Positions 61,082 through 64,000 of a stretch of 64,000 bases of DNA are shown here, one piece after another. The position numbers and the translations under genes were made by a program. Origin of the DNA: Euglena gracilis (taxonomy: Eukaryota); contig CP154954.1 of the NCBI GenBank assembly GCA_039621445.1, positions 37,867,703 to 37,931,702 on the forward strand, read 5' to 3'. Each line of letters starts with the position of its first letter. Position 1 is the first letter of the stretch. Under the pieces are notes generated by a model. The model was not told the DNA's origin and ran no database searches. It saw only the letters and a list, made by a program, of their open reading frames with translations.

Positions 61082-62787
61082 GTTTGGATTTTCAAATATG
61101 AGACCCCACTTCCAGCCTTCACTTTGCCTTGTTTTATTTTTCTTGTCAAAAATCAGGCCACCGAGAAGAGGACATATAGTCGACAGTGGCAAGACCTCAT
61201 CCGCATTGGCTAAGCTGATCTCGACATTCCCTCGAAATCTTGGCTGAAAAAAAAAACAACCCACCTGGATTTGGGCCTTTTTGCCTGTTTCTGGGTTCCC
61301 GCCGGGTCCAGCCCAGTAGCTGGTAGGACCTCCCCTGGATCTCCCCCTCCCCGAGGGGTGGTAGAGCCTAACACCTTTTTCCAGCCATCCATTCCCTGAC
61401 AGCAACCCAGGGACAACTGCCCAGGGACATTCAAATTCCATCATTTTGCGGGGTTTTTTTGGAAATTTCAGCATTTTGGCGGATTTGCACTTTTCCACCA
61501 GAATCCCAAGACAACCTAAGATTGCGCGCTCCAGTTCAGTTTGCCCCAGTCAGATTGTTGCAGGTGAACAGAAAACCCCAAAAAAGTTTCAAAAAGGCTA
61601 CTTTGGTCATTTTGATTCCTTTTTTCAGTTGAATCCGGCTTCGGCAGGCTGCAAAAAGTTTATTGCCGCTCGACCCCTTGGGGGCAGGAAGGCCTGGTGG
61701 GGGGGGGTGGACCCCCCACCCGGAAGGTGGGGGGGGGGTGGGCCGAAAATTTTGCTTTAGAAGAGATTGCTTGTACCCCAGAGTTTGCTGTCAGAGAAAA
61801 ATTTTGGAAGCGATGTGAAGTGTGGCCATCTGTGTGAATGTTTGACATTCCAATGCGAGACATTGAGGAACAGCTTTGGAGCAGTTTTTTGGAAGATTCC
61901 TTCGCCTCCCACATTTGTGAAACTTTGAGTGCTAGCTTTGCCCCACTTTTGGATGGAAGATGCGAAGTCATCTTGTAGGATCAATATGCAGACCCTTGAA
62001 GACATTCCCACCAACTCCATTTGAATCTTAACATCTGCTGTGAAATTTTCAGTTCCTTGGTTCAGATTGTTTCAGACGGGTGGCCCCGAGCGGATTTCCG
62101 GTGGTGGTCGCTGTGGTGGTCGGCCCGACCTGGTCGGGCCGACCATGAGGTCGGGCCGACCACCATTTTTTTGCACTACCCCCCCCCCTTTCTGGAAATT
62201 TAAGCCCCCCCCTGAAAATTTTTTTTTGCCCAAATCACCCCAAAACCAGTCAAAACCCACTTAAATGGCTCCAGAACCCACCAATCGGGGGTGAATATGC
62301 AAAAACTTGGAGGGGAAATGCCCATTTTGGGCCACTTTTGGCAAAAGAACACCTCTCCCCAACGGATTTTCAATATAATTGCAAAAATTTTCACAAAAAG
62401 GATTTAGCCCTCCAAGTATGTTGCCAACATAGAGGGGATTTTGTTATTTGAGGGGGGTGCGGGGGGGGGGCGGAGCCCCCCCCGCACATGAAAAAGTGAG
62501 CCACAAAAACAACTTTTCCCCCGAGTATGTTGCCAACTCAAGGGATTTTCTTATTTGACGGTCGGATGGGGGTGGAGGGAGGAGTTTCGTGCCTCTCGTG
62601 ATTGCATTTCTAAAGGATTTTCATGTAATCCCTGTTTCATCATTGTTTTTTTTCCCCTCCGGGCCCCCATCAAGGGTCCACCGACCCCCCACCGACCAAA
62701 GATTTCCATCTGGGGGTGTTTATTTAAGCGTAAGACCCCCCCCCCCCCCACCAGTCAACCGCCATGCGCCCCGAAGGCCGCCTGGCC

Positions 62788-63620
62788 GAAGGCCGTGCAT
62801 CGGCCGAAGGCCGATGCCCGCGCAGCGGCCGAAGGCCGCTGCAATTCAGAACTTGAAAAGTTGATGACGTTAATTAAAGGAGTAGGGTTAGGGTCAAGTT
62901 TCCATCCCAAACTGTCCCATCCCATCCCCTCAACGTCGTTAAATTGGTGTCTGCAGGGGACCCAGCGAACCCAAAGAGGCGCCCAACTAGGGTTAAAAAC
63001 ATTGGGGGACCCGAGCGAGGCGCCGAAGGCGCCGAGCGAGGGTCCCCCAATGTGTAGTAAGCGTAGTTGGGCGCCTCTTTGGGGTAGCTTGTGCCGTGCA
63101 GGCACCACTTTTTCACGCATCAGTCACCGACCCTTCAGCTGGTCGATCGACCCTTCGACTGTTTGGTGGCAGGCTGGAAGGGTGGGCTGGCTAGTCGGCC
63201 GAAGCTGGCTAGAAGGCCGTGCATCGGCCGAAGGCCGATGCCCGCGCAGCGGCCGAAGGCCGCTGCAATTCAGAACTTGAAAAGTTGATGACGTTAATTA
63301 AAGGAGTAGGGTTAGGGTCAAGTTTCCATCCCAAACTGTCCCATCCCATCCCCTCAACGTCGTTAAATTGGTGTCTGCAGGGGACCCAGCGAACCCAAAG
63401 AGGCGCCCAACTAGGGTTAAAAACATTGGGGGACCCGAGCGAGGCGCCGAAGGCGCCGAGCGAGGGTCCCCCAATGTGTATTAACCCTAGTTGGGCGCCT
63501 CTTTGGGGTAGCTGGTCCCCTGCAGGCACCACTTTTTCACGCATCAGTCACCGACCCTTCAGCTGGTCGATCGACCCTTCGACTGTTTGGTGGCAGGCTG
63601 GAAGGGGGGGGCTAGTCGGC
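62788..63620 (+). repeat. 424-bp tandem repeat (2 units) with a long hairpin and GAA-triloop mini-hairpins
   Basis: GAAGGCCGTGCATCGGCC begins at 62788 and at 63212; inverted arms at 62946-63106 and 63370-63530. Confidence 0.93.
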
Positions 63621-63839
63621 CGACTAGTCGGCTGACTAGCCAATTGGTTGGCCGACCGACAACGCCAACTGGTCGGTTGGCCTAGTCGGCAGCTGGTCGG
63701 TGAGACAGGGGGGGGAGCCAGTTGGCCGACTGGTCGGCGAACTACCCACTCTGTGCTACTGAGTCAACTGCCGACTTTTAAACTCCCCCTGGGTGGAGGG
63801 GGGAGTTTTCTGCCTCTCGTGAGAGTCATGGCCAGTTTC

Positions 63840-64000
63840 CCCCCTAGGACCCCCCAGGACCCACCGGGGGGCGGTACCCACTTTAGAATAACCTGAACTT
63901 GTGCTGCAAAATCTCTGCCAAAAAAATGCGGGACCCACCAAGGACCCCCCCCAGCACCCCCCCAGGACCCCCCCAGCACCCCCCGAAGGAGCCCCCCAGG
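63840..64000. repeat. CCCCCAGGAC-type repeat element (runs off the window)
   Basis: Homologous to 38480-38825. Confidence 0.7.

Noticed and set aside
62880..62895. Telomeric TTAGGG repeat
   Set aside because: Only about two units, internal to a tandem repeat; not a telomere array.

Overview
Repeat-dense eukaryotic nuclear DNA; the taxon cannot be determined from this window. There is no prokaryotic gene organisation, and I recognise no rRNA, tRNA or CRISPR array. Most ORFs in the track are artefacts of microsatellites, satellites and G/C homopolymers. Supported content: (1) a cluster of decayed DIRS1-like tyrosine-recombinase retrotransposons (gag, RT, RNase H, adenine-methyltransferase-like domain, YR) at about 29.8-45.7 kb. 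It includes a divergently joined pair that forms an imperfect inverted structure of about 7 kb, with ICR-like terminal inverted repeats. (2) Many non-autonomous hAT-type MITEs from at least five families, with CAGG...CCTG termini and 8-bp TSDs, plus TA-flanked MITEs. Several families share a central GNA-triloop DNA hairpin and G/C-tract arms. (3) A 2.15-kb satellite of 26-29 bp units, microsatellites and multi-kb duplicated blocks. (4) A tentative chain of + strand spliced exons at about 2-27 kb, including one that resembles the protein-kinase alphaE helix. (5) A 424-bp tandem unit at about 62.8-63.6 kb carrying a long, strand-specific hairpin with a GAA triloop and tandem sheared G.A pairs, suggesting an element with an ssDNA intermediate.
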